Positions 43,046-52,532 of a stretch of DNA of 64,000 nucleotides are shown here, piece by piece. Source of the DNA: a virus. The notes beneath the pieces were generated by a model. That model had not been told where the DNA came from and ran no database searches. It was given only the letters and a program-made list of their open reading frames with translations. The stretch spans positions 1 to 64,000 of the IMG/VR virus record IMGVR_UViG_3300003690_000090. One strand, written 5' to 3'. Made by a program: the position numbers and the translations under genes. Within the stretch, counting starts at the first letter, position 1; each line of letters begins with the position of its first letter.

Positions 43046-44311
43046 ATGGAAGAGGACGTGAGATACACCACGCTTGATCTGTTTGCGGGTGCAGGGGGAG
43101 CATCATTGGGACTACGAGACGCAGGGTTTCATCATGCGTTGTGTGTAGAGTGGGATGAGGATGCAACGGAGACGTTGTTGGCAGCAGACTTTCCAGCAGC
43201 GAATGCAGACGTCAGGGAGTTGGATGTCTACAAGACAATCGAGAGAGTCGATCTGTTGTGGGCATCGCCACCATGCCAGGCGTTCTCAACTGCTGGGCAG
43301 AGGAGGGGTGCGGAGGATGACAGGAACGGATGGCCGTGGACTCTTGAGGTGATTGACCACTTGATGGAGCGTGGTGTTGGTCCGAGGTACGTCGTCTGTG
43401 AGAATGTACAGGGACTGACGTACCACCAGGCGGAGTGTGTTGGGGGGAACAGTGGTTGTGCTGGTTGCTATTGGGAAGGGTGGATCATTCCAGAGTTCAA
43501 GAAGCGCTTTGCGTGGGTAGGTCATACGACGTTGGATGCTGCAGGCTTTGGAGTACCACAGCATAGGAAGCGTGTGTTCTTGGTGGCGGGTGATGGACCG
43601 ATACGGTGGCCAGTACCAACGCATGGACCACCGAATGCAGCGAAGCAGGGTGCATTGTTTGGTGGTGGTGTCAGGCCGTATGTCACGGTGCGTGATGCAT
43701 TGAACATTGACGCATGGGCTACGGAGACGAACACGAGCTCGGGTATGGCTCGAGTAGCGAGGAGTGCAGATACTCCATCGTGTTCACCAGTAGCGGGAGG
43801 CAAGGCGCTGGGTGGATTGCTTGAGGTAGACACTAGGGTGATGGGTGTCTCATGCAATCCATTCAAGAAGGATGAGAACGGAGGTCCACTCAAGGAAGAC
43901 AGAACGTACAAGGACATCACGGATACACCAGCTGGGTGTGTGAGTTCTCGTGGTCCATTGGACAATCAAGGTCCATTCGTAGTGAGCGATGGTGCTTCAG
44001 TACCAGGTCCAGGCAGTGAGCCATGGAGACTGGATGAACCATCAGCAACTGTGACTACTACAGAGGAGAAGGGTACGAGGGGGAAGCATATGAGTGGTGG
44101 ACCAGACAGAGCTGCTGACACTATGTGGCGTGGTGCTGGTGTGAGACGATTGACATGGCAGGAGTGTGCAGCGTTGCAGTCGTTTCCAGTGGAACATCCA
44201 TTTCAGGGGAAGACGAAGAAGAGTCTGTATCGCCAGGTAGGGAATGCAGTACCACCACCGTTGTCTCGTGTCTTAGGTCAGGCCGTGAAGGAGGCATTGG
44301 ATGCAGGCTGA
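43046..44311 (+). CDS. DNA (cytosine-5) methyltransferase
   Basis: DLFAGAGG, SPPCQAFS, ENV, PQHRKRVF, LQSFP, YRQVGNAV. Confidence 0.93.
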   Translation: MEEDVRYTTLDLFAGAGGASLGLRDAGFHHALCVEWDEDATETLLAADFPAANADVRELDVYKTIERVDLLWASPPCQAFSTAGQRRGAEDDRNGWPWTLEVIDHLMERGVGPRYVVCENVQGLTYHQAECVGGNSGCAGCYWEGWIIPEFKKRFAWVGHTTLDAAGFGVPQHRKRVFLVAGDGPIRWPVPTHGPPNAAKQGALFGGGVRPYVTVRDALNIDAWATETNTSSGMARVARSADTPSCSPVAGGKALGGLLEVDTRVMGVSCNPFKKDENGGPLKEDRTYKDITDTPAGCVSSRGPLDNQGPFVVSDGASVPGPGSEPWRLDEPSATVTTTEEKGTRGKHMSGGPDRAADTMWRGAGVRRLTWQECAALQSFPVEHPFQGKTKKSLYRQVGNAVPPPLSRVLGQAVKEALDAG

Positions 44312-44591
44312 TGTAGTGGATGTAGAGGATGGAGAGTTCTTTCCATTGAGTGAGGCGGAGTTGGGAATAGACATCGTCTGGTTCATCGATGGATTGATTG
44401 ATGCAGTGACGAGCGGGTTGGAGAGCACATCGAAAGGATTGTTAGTGGGTGAGCCATTGTGTGAGGAGGTACCAGCGACAGGGGTTCTATCTGTGTACGT
44501 ACCGGTGTCGTACTGTTGGATGGAACCAATGTGTGTTCGTATAGCGCAGGTAGGTGCTGGGTACTGGCAGTGGGGTGGTGAGGGAGACTGA
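44301..44591 (+). CDS. Hypothetical protein
   Basis: GGAGG RBS, overlap with MTase end. Confidence 0.55.
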   Translation: MQADVVDVEDGEFFPLSEAELGIDIVWFIDGLIDAVTSGLESTSKGLLVGEPLCEEVPATGVLSVYVPVSYCWMEPMCVRIAQVGAGYWQWGGEGD

Positions 44592-45523
44592 TGCTTGGGT
44601 ATGAGATTGTATTGAGCCAGTTCTTTCCATCTGACGGAGTGTTGGGTGTAGACGAACGACACATGGACATCTCTGGTGTAGAGCCGGAGGTGATGGACCG
44701 TATTGGTGCGATGGTTGGTGGTGGACCAGTCGAGCTGACGGAGATTGTTCGAGCTCGTGGGAAGGCAGGACATCACTTGCTACCAGGCGATGTGGTGTGT
44801 CGGTATGCTGGTATAGGTGAGCAGCGTTGTGATGTGATTCGGTTGTTACGGGATGTTGTGTATGCGGACGGTGGTGGAGTCTCCAGTGAGCAGCAGCGAG
44901 CGATAGAGGAGCTGCGTCAGCGCTGTGTAGAGGAGCATCGTTGGGGGGTGGTACGTCGTGATGAGTTGATGGTGATCATGGATGCGTTTGGTAGGGGGGT
45001 GGTGTTCAGTAGTTACGGTGCATTTCGGTGGTGGAGAAAGCCGATGGAGATGTTGTCTAGCAGGCAGCGTCATACTGATCCAACGCCGGAGAGGGTAGCT
45101 GCTGCTTGGTGTGCGATACGTGCAGTGCATGGTCATTTGCACGAGGTGTATGGGGGTGGTGGTTCTGTGGGTATGGGTGCTTTCACAAGGACTGAGCGTA
45201 TAGCCAGGCTGGTGTACAACTTGCGGATGCGGTTGGGGTGTGTGGCTGGTGATGGGGAGGTAGTGAAGATGCACTACTTCTGGGGTTTGAAGCATGCTCC
45301 GTGGTGGGACCGAGTGTTTGATCGTCATGCTGCTGGGTTGTTTCTACCGAAGCCATTGCTTCACGTATGTGGTCAACGGTCGACGAAGTGGGTGAAGTCG
45401 AGCGTGGTGGACATGGACTTGGTTTATCGATTTGCTGGTTGGCCGGAGTGGGTTGGCCAGGGTCCATTGAAGTTCACGAGGGTAGACAAAGATGATGTTC
45501 GAGGTAGTTGGTACTGGAGATGA
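44591..45523 (+). CDS. Hypothetical protein (310 aa)
   Basis: TGATG coupling; GGAG RBS. Confidence 0.65.
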   Translation: MLGYEIVLSQFFPSDGVLGVDERHMDISGVEPEVMDRIGAMVGGGPVELTEIVRARGKAGHHLLPGDVVCRYAGIGEQRCDVIRLLRDVVYADGGGVSSEQQRAIEELRQRCVEEHRWGVVRRDELMVIMDAFGRGVVFSSYGAFRWWRKPMEMLSSRQRHTDPTPERVAAAWCAIRAVHGHLHEVYGGGGSVGMGAFTRTERIARLVYNLRMRLGCVAGDGEVVKMHYFWGLKHAPWWDRVFDRHAAGLFLPKPLLHVCGQRSTKWVKSSVVDMDLVYRFAGWPEWVGQGPLKFTRVDKDDVRGSWYWR

Positions 45524-45845
45524 GGCTGGTATTCATGCATTGAAGCGTGAGCTTCGTCAGTTTGTAGGTGCATGGCACTTGTTTCTGTCGGGTGAGGTTG
45601 TTGAGGAGCATCGGTGGCGGTGTGTACCTGGCTGGGCGAAGAAGGTTCCTGGGATGCTGGACGAGGAATGGATCTTGTTTGATTTGGACAAGCATGTTGG
45701 TAATCCGTGGCGGATTCGGTTTTTGCGTAGTGTGTTGGACCAGGTGGTTGGTTGGAGTGCGAGTGGAGATCTGATCGAGGGTGTATTGCCGTCGATTGAC
45801 ACAGCGGTAGAGATGTTCGAGGAGTTGTTTGGTGTTGAAGAATGA
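45492..45845 (+). CDS. Hypothetical protein
   Basis: Fills operon gap with short overlaps. Confidence 0.55.
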   Translation: MMFEVVGTGDEAGIHALKRELRQFVGAWHLFLSGEVVEEHRWRCVPGWAKKVPGMLDEEWILFDLDKHVGNPWRIRFLRSVLDQVVGWSASGDLIEGVLPSIDTAVEMFEELFGVEE

Positions 45846-46275
45846 GCTGTTGCTGGCAGCGTTAGTGCCAGGTGATCCGATTGGTAAGGGCAGGCCGCGT
45901 GGCACTGTGCGTGGTGGATATGTGAAGATGTACACGCCGAAGCGGACAGCTGATTGGGAGAGGGCTGCGGCGTTGCTGGTCCGGAATGCATGGAAGCGTG
46001 CGCCGTATGAGGGTCCAGTGCATGTGGAGTTTGATGCTGTATTTCACCGGCCGAAGCGATTGCTTCGCAAGCGAGATCCTGAGCAAAGGGTCTGGCACAC
46101 GTCCAAGCCAGACATAGATAATGTTGCGAAGAGTGGATTGGACAGCTTGGTTATGGCTGGAATGATCCGAGATGATGTGCAGTGTGTCTCATTGCAATGT
46201 CGGTCAATGTATTCATCGAAAGTAGAGGGTCCTTGTTTGGAGGTGCGTGTGTATTCAGTTGACGAGCTTCCTTGA
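45829..46275 (+). CDS. rusA: RusA-family Holliday junction resolvase
   Basis: KGRPR, YTP, KPDIDNVAK..LD, DD motifs. Confidence 0.88.
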   Translation: MVLKNELLLAALVPGDPIGKGRPRGTVRGGYVKMYTPKRTADWERAAALLVRNAWKRAPYEGPVHVEFDAVFHRPKRLLRKRDPEQRVWHTSKPDIDNVAKSGLDSLVMAGMIRDDVQCVSLQCRSMYSSKVEGPCLEVRVYSVDELP

Positions 46276-46333
46276 CAGGGCTACGTTTCGATCGAGGTCA
46301 CTTTCATTTGTGATCCTCGTGTTTGTGTTGTCG

Positions 46334-46369
46334 GGAGCCCCCACAGTCCAGTGGGGGTTCCTTTTTTTT
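46334..46369 (+). terminator. Intrinsic terminator
   Basis: GGAGCCCCCAC/GTGGGGGTTCC stem plus T8. Confidence 0.85.
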
Positions 46370-46454
46370 GCGCAAACGGTTGCTTGCGTTATTCTTGTTA
46401 TGTCAAGCTACCAGCCTGTCCTCGGTTAGCGGACCACACGCCGCTTGCCTCCCT

Positions 46455-46492
46455 AAAGCCCCCAGGTGCTCAACAGCGGCCTGGGGGCTTTT
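46455..46492. terminator. Possibly bidirectional terminator
   Basis: AAAGCCCCCAGG/CCTGGGGGCTTT stem. Confidence 0.7.
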
Positions 46493-46538
46493 CATTCTTG
46501 GGTAACGGGGTATTATTGGACATCGATCCGGAGGGGAC

Positions 46539-48332
46539 GTGGCCTCGAGTAAAGAATCATATGACGCCCTTCTTAGGCAGATCAATAGTGGGGGCAACAT
46601 CTCTCGACTTGGGGGAACGTCGGAATGGTCCCGAGGTGGCCCTGGGGCCAGGAGTAACTGGGAGATGCTTTCTGACGGCTTCGACGACATGCTTCGAGAA
46701 GTGCAAGCCGATGTGAATAGCGGCAGGATGAGTAAAGAGGCTGCGGAGGAATATGTAGAGGCTCGTGTGGTCGCCACAAAGAGGATCTTTATTGAAAGGA
46801 CAGACACAAAGTTTGAGGGAAGTATTCGTGGTGGGCCGGGAGGGCTACGGTGGATGGATGCCCCCGAAACAGAGGCCGGGCGCATGATGGAGGCGAGCGC
46901 GGCGCAGGCGGAAAGAAAAGTTCCTGGCTCGCGGCAGACCTTGGCAAATGTACGGGTTCCAAAACGGGGACTGGGTGGCTTCTCATTGGAGGACCTTCTG
47001 AAAATAGGCAAGAAAGGGGCCAAAGCAGTGCCTTTGTTTGGTCTTGCAGCGGAGTTCGCTGACATCCCCGAGGCGCAAGCCAGCACGATGGGTTCGAGGT
47101 ACGAGAGTGCCCCCAAGGCAAGAGAAAGGCAGGAGCGGGACATTGAATCTGAACAGTTCCTGGCCGATGAGCCCCCGTCTGGCATGACCCGGTTCGCTGG
47201 GCCGGGAGGGGGGAAACGATACGCCGCCGAGCGATTTGGAACGAGCCAGGTTGACGTGATCCGAGAAGCGGAGCGCAGTTACCTGCAGGGCATTGCGAAT
47301 GCTACGGGTGGCGAATCGCGGTTTACGATTGAGGAGATGCAGCAGGCGTTGGCCGAGGGACCGCCGCAGGAGACTGTAGAGCGCAAAGAGCTGGAGGAAT
47401 CGGGATTTCTCGAGCCGACGCAGCGGATGCGTGGATTCTTTGAAGAGATTGGGATGACTGGCGAGCATGGTCCGGTGGAGGAACCGGATGCGCCTCCGGA
47501 GGTTGAGGCTCGCATAGCGATTGGATCGAGTGCGATTATTGGTGGTCCGGGTGCGGGGACGATGACGCAGAAGAACTTTGTGGACTTGGTGAATCGCCAG
47601 ACGAAGCAACCGATTGGTCGGTTCCGTGTTGGTGACTACGTGCCTGGTCTGGGCAACATCGACGACATTGGCGAGCGTGTTTCGCGCCGACCTGGCCGTC
47701 CGGAGATTGACGTACCTGCGATTCGGATTGTCCCGGACGACAAGTCAGTGAAGCCGTACTGGATCATGGGTCACGACTTGGTGCCACCTGGTACGGAAGA
47801 TGTCTTGGCGCAGTGGATGGAGCCAGAGGGAAGATGGGGGCGGGGGAGGGACGCTGAACGAGCATTCGGGAACCTTATGCTTCAGCAGGAAGAGGTGCAC
47901 GAAGCGGACATGTCGTTTGATCCAACCGCCTACTTCCCATTCGGGGAGAAACCGCCTGGACTAAGGCTCGATCCTTCACTAAGCGACTATGAACATATGG
48001 AATCCGGCGACCAAGTCCCCTGGGAGTCCGACCTGTATGATTACAGTCAAGTCCCCTCCTGGCAGTCCGACCTGGACCAGGGATTGTTGGCCGACGACCA
48101 GCAAGTTGCAGACGATGAGCTCTTGCAGGACCTGATGGGTCTCGAGGCCGGCAGCTCGGAAGAGGCTGCGATGCGGTCTATGCGCCGCGAGAATGGTGGT
48201 GTTGCGGCGGAAGAGGTTTACGGCGTGAGCTTTGATGGCGAGGACTTTGTGGCTGTGGACACAGCTGGCAGGGGAACGTACTACTACAACTCAGATACTG
48301 GCGAAAGTTTTTGGGGTGACACGGAGGGTTGA
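46539..48332 (+). CDS. Hypothetical acidic protein (597 aa)
   Basis: GGAGG RBS before GTG; long ORF. Confidence 0.75.
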   Translation: MASSKESYDALLRQINSGGNISRLGGTSEWSRGGPGARSNWEMLSDGFDDMLREVQADVNSGRMSKEAAEEYVEARVVATKRIFIERTDTKFEGSIRGGPGGLRWMDAPETEAGRMMEASAAQAERKVPGSRQTLANVRVPKRGLGGFSLEDLLKIGKKGAKAVPLFGLAAEFADIPEAQASTMGSRYESAPKARERQERDIESEQFLADEPPSGMTRFAGPGGGKRYAAERFGTSQVDVIREAERSYLQGIANATGGESRFTIEEMQQALAEGPPQETVERKELEESGFLEPTQRMRGFFEEIGMTGEHGPVEEPDAPPEVEARIAIGSSAIIGGPGAGTMTQKNFVDLVNRQTKQPIGRFRVGDYVPGLGNIDDIGERVSRRPGRPEIDVPAIRIVPDDKSVKPYWIMGHDLVPPGTEDVLAQWMEPEGRWGRGRDAERAFGNLMLQQEEVHEADMSFDPTAYFPFGEKPPGLRLDPSLSDYEHMESGDQVPWESDLYDYSQVPSWQSDLDQGLLADDQQVADDELLQDLMGLEAGSSEEAAMRSMRRENGGVAAEEVYGVSFDGEDFVAVDTAGRGTYYYNSDTGESFWGDTEG

Positions 48333-48335
48333 GAC

Positions 48336-48869
48336 ATGAGCAGGACACCACAGCAGCTTTTGGCGGATGGCCGAGAAGTGCATGAAAAAATGGAAGAGGA
48401 TGGGCTTGATCCGAGCGAGGAAGAGCGCCGCCGCAATCCATTGGCAGATGCTGCGTACCAGAAACGCGTAGCGGCAGTAAGCCGCAAGCAGGCCGTTGAG
48501 GAGAAACGCGCCGGCCAGACAGCCAATTTCTACAAGGGCATGGAGTTGGCGGGCCAGGCCGCAAAGACCTTTGGTCCTGAGTTGACAAAGGGGGTTGCCA
48601 CCTTGCAGGCTCGCGGTGGGGAGTTTGATCAGAGACGGATGGGGGCGATCGGAACCGAGGCCCGCCAGGACATTCTTCAAGATCCGAGAGTGGATGTGAA
48701 CACCTTGGGTGCTGATTTTCTCTCGCAGCCGAGCTCGGTGGATATGACGCGAAACCCCGAGCTGTATGCGCAGCAGACCGGCGTTGACTACTCTCCCACG
48801 CAAGTGGAGCTAACCCCCGGCCAGACCACGGGGATTCGGGCGGCGTTTGCGAGGATTTTCGGTGCCTAA
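48336..48869 (+). CDS. Hypothetical protein
   Basis: GGAGG RBS; operon spacing. Confidence 0.7.
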   Translation: MSRTPQQLLADGREVHEKMEEDGLDPSEEERRRNPLADAAYQKRVAAVSRKQAVEEKRAGQTANFYKGMELAGQAAKTFGPELTKGVATLQARGGEFDQRRMGAIGTEARQDILQDPRVDVNTLGADFLSQPSSVDMTRNPELYAQQTGVDYSPTQVELTPGQTTGIRAAFARIFGA

Positions 48870-49185
48870 GCGAAGCAAACAATCTCACGCGGAGAAACCA
48901 GAACAAAGGAAGCGACGGGCTGGGAACAACAAAGCCAACGACATTCTGAGGAGCTTGGGCCGCATGAAGAAGGGTGATGGAAATGATGCTCACCACAAAG
49001 ACGGCAATCCGCTCAATAATGCAGTATCGAACCTGGTAGCGAGGAAGCGCGGTCCCAATCGCGCTGATAAGCGGGATCACGGGTGGATTGTCTCAAAGGC
49101 CAAGCACCTCATGAGCAAAGAAGGAAAATCCAAGAAGGCTGCATTCGCCCAAGCCTATTCCATGGAGAAAGAACGTCGTGGCTGA
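48862..49185 (+). CDS. Small HNH-motif protein
   Basis: DAHHKDGNPLNNAVSNL......NRA. Confidence 0.75.
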   Translation: MPKRSKQSHAEKPEQRKRRAGNNKANDILRSLGRMKKGDGNDAHHKDGNPLNNAVSNLVARKRGPNRADKRDHGWIVSKAKHLMSKEGKSKKAAFAQAYSMEKERRG

Positions 49186-49543
49186 TCCTGTTGGCGACAG
49201 CGTTCTTCAGGCGGCAATGCAGATGCCCTTGAAAAAGGGTGCCATTGAACTGGCGAGGCGAGCAGCACCGGTCGCGGCGCCTGCGTTGAGAACTCTTGGG
49301 CGGGCAAGCACTGTTGGGACAGTTCTATCTCTGCTCGAGTCCAGGCCAGTCGGCGAGGGTTCCACGATGACCCCTAAGGATTGGAAAGAACTAGAGTGGA
49401 CCGCTGATCAGAAAAACTGGGTGGAGCAACAGCCTGGCTACGAACCACTTGGGGCGCCTCCAGCGAGTTTCCAGCAGCAGACCAGGGCCCAACTCACGGG
49501 CGCACCCCCCTCCAGACCACCCTCCACACCCGATAAGACGTAG
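49178..49543 (+). CDS. Hypothetical protein, possibly N-terminal part of the next gene
   Basis: Overlap-coupled start; overlaps the open frame of 49449..52532. Confidence 0.55.
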   Translation: MADPVGDSVLQAAMQMPLKKGAIELARRAAPVAAPALRTLGRASTVGTVLSLLESRPVGEGSTMTPKDWKELEWTADQKNWVEQQPGYEPLGAPPASFQQQTRAQLTGAPPSRPPSTPDKT

Positions 49544-52532
49544 CGAAGACGAGGAAGCGCTCGAGGCCACCACGGAGATCCCCAAAGAGACTGGTGTGTT
49601 CTTGGGTTGGCCAGCCCTGGAGTTGACGAAGGGGTTGGCGTCTGGATTGGAGCGTCAACTTGCCGAAGAAGTAGGACCGATTGCGGATGATATTCAAGAG
49701 CGTTCGCTGGACATCATGGTGGCAATGGAAGACCTTGAATCGGAACGTGTTGAATTGCTTGACATGGGCCCGGACCCCGAAAGAGGTCGCGGAAGTGGAA
49801 CAGGAGATTGGAACCGCCAAGAGCAGCGCCTGGTCGAGATCACCAATGAGTTGAAGGAACAGCAGGAGCTGCTTGACATAGAAACTGACGTGGCCGCAAA
49901 CGCTCGTCAAAGAGCACGCGGCAAGCCGCACAGTGTGTTCGTGGTCGATAAGCTGACGCCTGGTGAGGCCCGGTGGTTTGAAACGATGAACCGGGCAGAC
50001 CTTGAGGACATGGCCGAACACGGCATCACCAGGCTGGACGATGGTTCGATCCATGTTGCGGATATGGACCGGGCGTTTCAGTACATTGATGATGTGGTGA
50101 TGAGTCACATGAGCGATCCGGCTGATGTCCGCCCGCCGCCGTCATTTTGGAAGAACACGTTTCTCAACAAGGCAGTGAAGACCACCGTGCCGGGCCGTCC
50201 GCCCATTCCAAGCCTTACAGCGAGCCCGGAAGGTCGCGGAGCAATGGAAGCCGCGCTCATCAACATGGAAGCACCGAGTCCGTTTAAGGGCGTTTCACAA
50301 GCAGACTTTGCGCTGGCAGATGAGATTCTTCGCCAGAGCATGGGTGATGACGCCTACCGGGCATTCAAAGACGTTTCCCGCCAAACGCGTGAGTTGCGCA
50401 TGCATGCGGGTCTTTCTTCTGGAGATCTGGCGCAAGAGTTGGAACAACTAGCGAAGGATCTGCTCGAGAGCCACGAGGCAGAGGTTCGCGTCCAGCAGCT
50501 GGAGGGCGCCCGGTTCATGCCTGGCGATGCGGCGAAACAGACGATTGAGGCATTGAAAGCCGAGCGTATTGGCATTGGGTATCGGTCTGTTGGGAATCTG
50601 GCCCAGTCGTTTCGCCAGCAAGTGTTTGATACTTGGCCAGGTGGCCGTGATCTGATGTCCGAGGAGTTGGTGAAGCGCATTGAGCAAGAGGTGGATGAGA
50701 TTCAAAAGCGCGTGGATTGGGCTGTGGAGAAATCGTACACGAACGATCCTGCGGCGAAAAAGGCGATATCAGAGGCGATTGAGCGCTTTGGATCTTTGCA
50801 GACGCATGTTGCGAGACAGCACGCAACAGCAGCTGGAGACGCGGCGGTAGCAAAGGCGGGCATGCGCCTGGATGACCCGGATCTTCGCTGGACCGGCGAG
50901 GGCGAGGCGGTGCGTGTTCCGGACAAGAAGATTTCAGAGCACAAGCAAGGCTACCGGTACCGGGCGAACCGTGGATTTCCCCATTCGGTTGCAGTTGAGG
51001 GTCCGGACGGAAAGATGCTGGGCTTCATGAGCGTGGAAGACTTGCCTGGAGATTACAAGCGCGTTGGCGACATTCCTGGGTTGATGGAGCCTGGTGGCGT
51101 CTGGGAGCCTGTGGCCGCCAAGAAAGTCTTGACCACGGTTGAGGTGTTGGGTTCGGAAGTCAATATCGGGTTTAGGGACCTGGACGCGAAGATGGAGGCT
51201 TTGCAGGCGAAACTGAAGATGCATGATCCGTTTTCGAATGCAGCCGAATTGATTGAGAGCGAGATCGAGATGGTGCATGTGGAGATGTCTGGTCGTATTC
51301 AGAAACAGCGGGCCTATAAGTTTCTAAAAAATCCTCTCAGCCTTGTTCAAATGGCCCAGGAAGCCCTGGAAGCTGGAACGCTTCGAGACGCGGGTGGCGC
51401 GTCTGCCGAACAAATTATTGACGCCTGGGAGAGGGCGCAAGCTCTACCTGCTGTAGAACCTCCGGCGCCCCGTCTTCCAGCCCCAGAAGCACCTGCGCCC
51501 AGTGGTGCAATGGCCCCATCGTTCACTGGCGAGTACAAAGTGTTCATCGAGCCTCTTGAGGGGTTTGCCGATCACATTGAGATCCACGATCAGAACCAAA
51601 AGCTAATTTATCGAGGAACTAGTCGTGCCGACGGGGTCCGCGCCATTCAGGCGCATGTAAAAGAGGCCGGACATAGCGACTGGTATGCCGACTACTATGG
51701 CGATCCGGTTGATCGGCCAGGCGAGCCTACTGGCAGATGGACCCGTTCCAGCATGGGGACGTTTCCGAGCGCCAGAGCCGAACAACCAACCGCCGCACCA
51801 GAAGCCCCCCGTCTTCCAGCCCCAGAAGCACCTGCGCCTATTGCGCCAGCAGAACGCAACCTGGTCCAAATGACCCTAAACGAGTTGGATGAATCGACTC
51901 GACGTATGATCTGGGAGGACGCCAACACGGTGTTTGGTGAACACGGGCTTCTCGATCGTGAACAAATGATCAAGAAGATCCAAGAAGGCGCTAAACGCGC
52001 CGGGGTTCCCGAGGAAAGAATCGCTCAAGTGATCGATGGGGTGATCGATTCCTACAAGCCAGCTGTGGAACGGGTCAGGCTGGGCAGACCAAAGCATGTG
52101 ATTCCCCGCCTACCGCCCCCAATAGCACCTAAAACCAGCCTTACCAAGCCTGTTCTTAGGTCTGTCGCCAGTGCGTTTCCGACAGCCGTAAAGTGGACGC
52201 CACTCGATTTGCTAGTCGAAACAACGGGCTTCAAATTGCCGACGGGCATGACTCCTCCGCTGATGCGGACAGCGGGAGAGCCATACGATGTATACCAAGA
52301 ACGCACGATAGAACGAGAGGCTGGAGCTAAGGCTCGTTTTGCCGAAGAAGAGTACTGGCGCACCCATACTGTCGATCTCAACCAAATGTCTCCGGCAGAG
52401 CGGATTCGGTACGACGCCTGGCAGAAACGAGAGGCAGAGACCGAAGAATTGCTACAGCAATACCTGTTCAATCCTGATTTGGGTCCTGATTCTCCCCGTC
52501 CGGGGTATCTTCCGTATCTGGACGAGGACTAG
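49449..52532 (+). CDS. Large hypothetical protein (about 1000 aa), possibly virion-associated
   Basis: Long helical ORF with no convincing own start/RBS. Confidence 0.7.
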   Translation: MGRLQRVSSSRPGPNSRAHPPPDHPPHPIRRSEDEEALEATTEIPKETGVFLGWPALELTKGLASGLERQLAEEVGPIADDIQERSLDIMVAMEDLESERVELLDMGPDPERGRGSGTGDWNRQEQRLVEITNELKEQQELLDIETDVAANARQRARGKPHSVFVVDKLTPGEARWFETMNRADLEDMAEHGITRLDDGSIHVADMDRAFQYIDDVVMSHMSDPADVRPPPSFWKNTFLNKAVKTTVPGRPPIPSLTASPEGRGAMEAALINMEAPSPFKGVSQADFALADEILRQSMGDDAYRAFKDVSRQTRELRMHAGLSSGDLAQELEQLAKDLLESHEAEVRVQQLEGARFMPGDAAKQTIEALKAERIGIGYRSVGNLAQSFRQQVFDTWPGGRDLMSEELVKRIEQEVDEIQKRVDWAVEKSYTNDPAAKKAISEAIERFGSLQTHVARQHATAAGDAAVAKAGMRLDDPDLRWTGEGEAVRVPDKKISEHKQGYRYRANRGFPHSVAVEGPDGKMLGFMSVEDLPGDYKRVGDIPGLMEPGGVWEPVAAKKVLTTVEVLGSEVNIGFRDLDAKMEALQAKLKMHDPFSNAAELIESEIEMVHVEMSGRIQKQRAYKFLKNPLSLVQMAQEALEAGTLRDAGGASAEQIIDAWERAQALPAVEPPAPRLPAPEAPAPSGAMAPSFTGEYKVFIEPLEGFADHIEIHDQNQKLIYRGTSRADGVRAIQAHVKEAGHSDWYADYYGDPVDRPGEPTGRWTRSSMGTFPSARAEQPTAAPEAPRLPAPEAPAPIAPAERNLVQMTLNELDESTRRMIWEDANTVFGEHGLLDREQMIKKIQEGAKRAGVPEERIAQVIDGVIDSYKPAVERVRLGRPKHVIPRLPPPIAPKTSLTKPVLRSVASAFPTAVKWTPLDLLVETTGFKLPTGMTPPLMRTAGEPYDVYQERTIEREAGAKARFAEEEYWRTHTVDLNQMSPAERIRYDAWQKREAETEELLQQYLFNPDLGPDSPRPGYLPYLDED
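51468..51838 (+). repeat. 32-bp exact direct repeat pair (51468-51499, 51807-51838)
   Basis: CCCCGTCTTCCAGCCCCAGAAGCACCTGCGCC, encoding PRLPAPEAPA. Confidence 0.9.
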
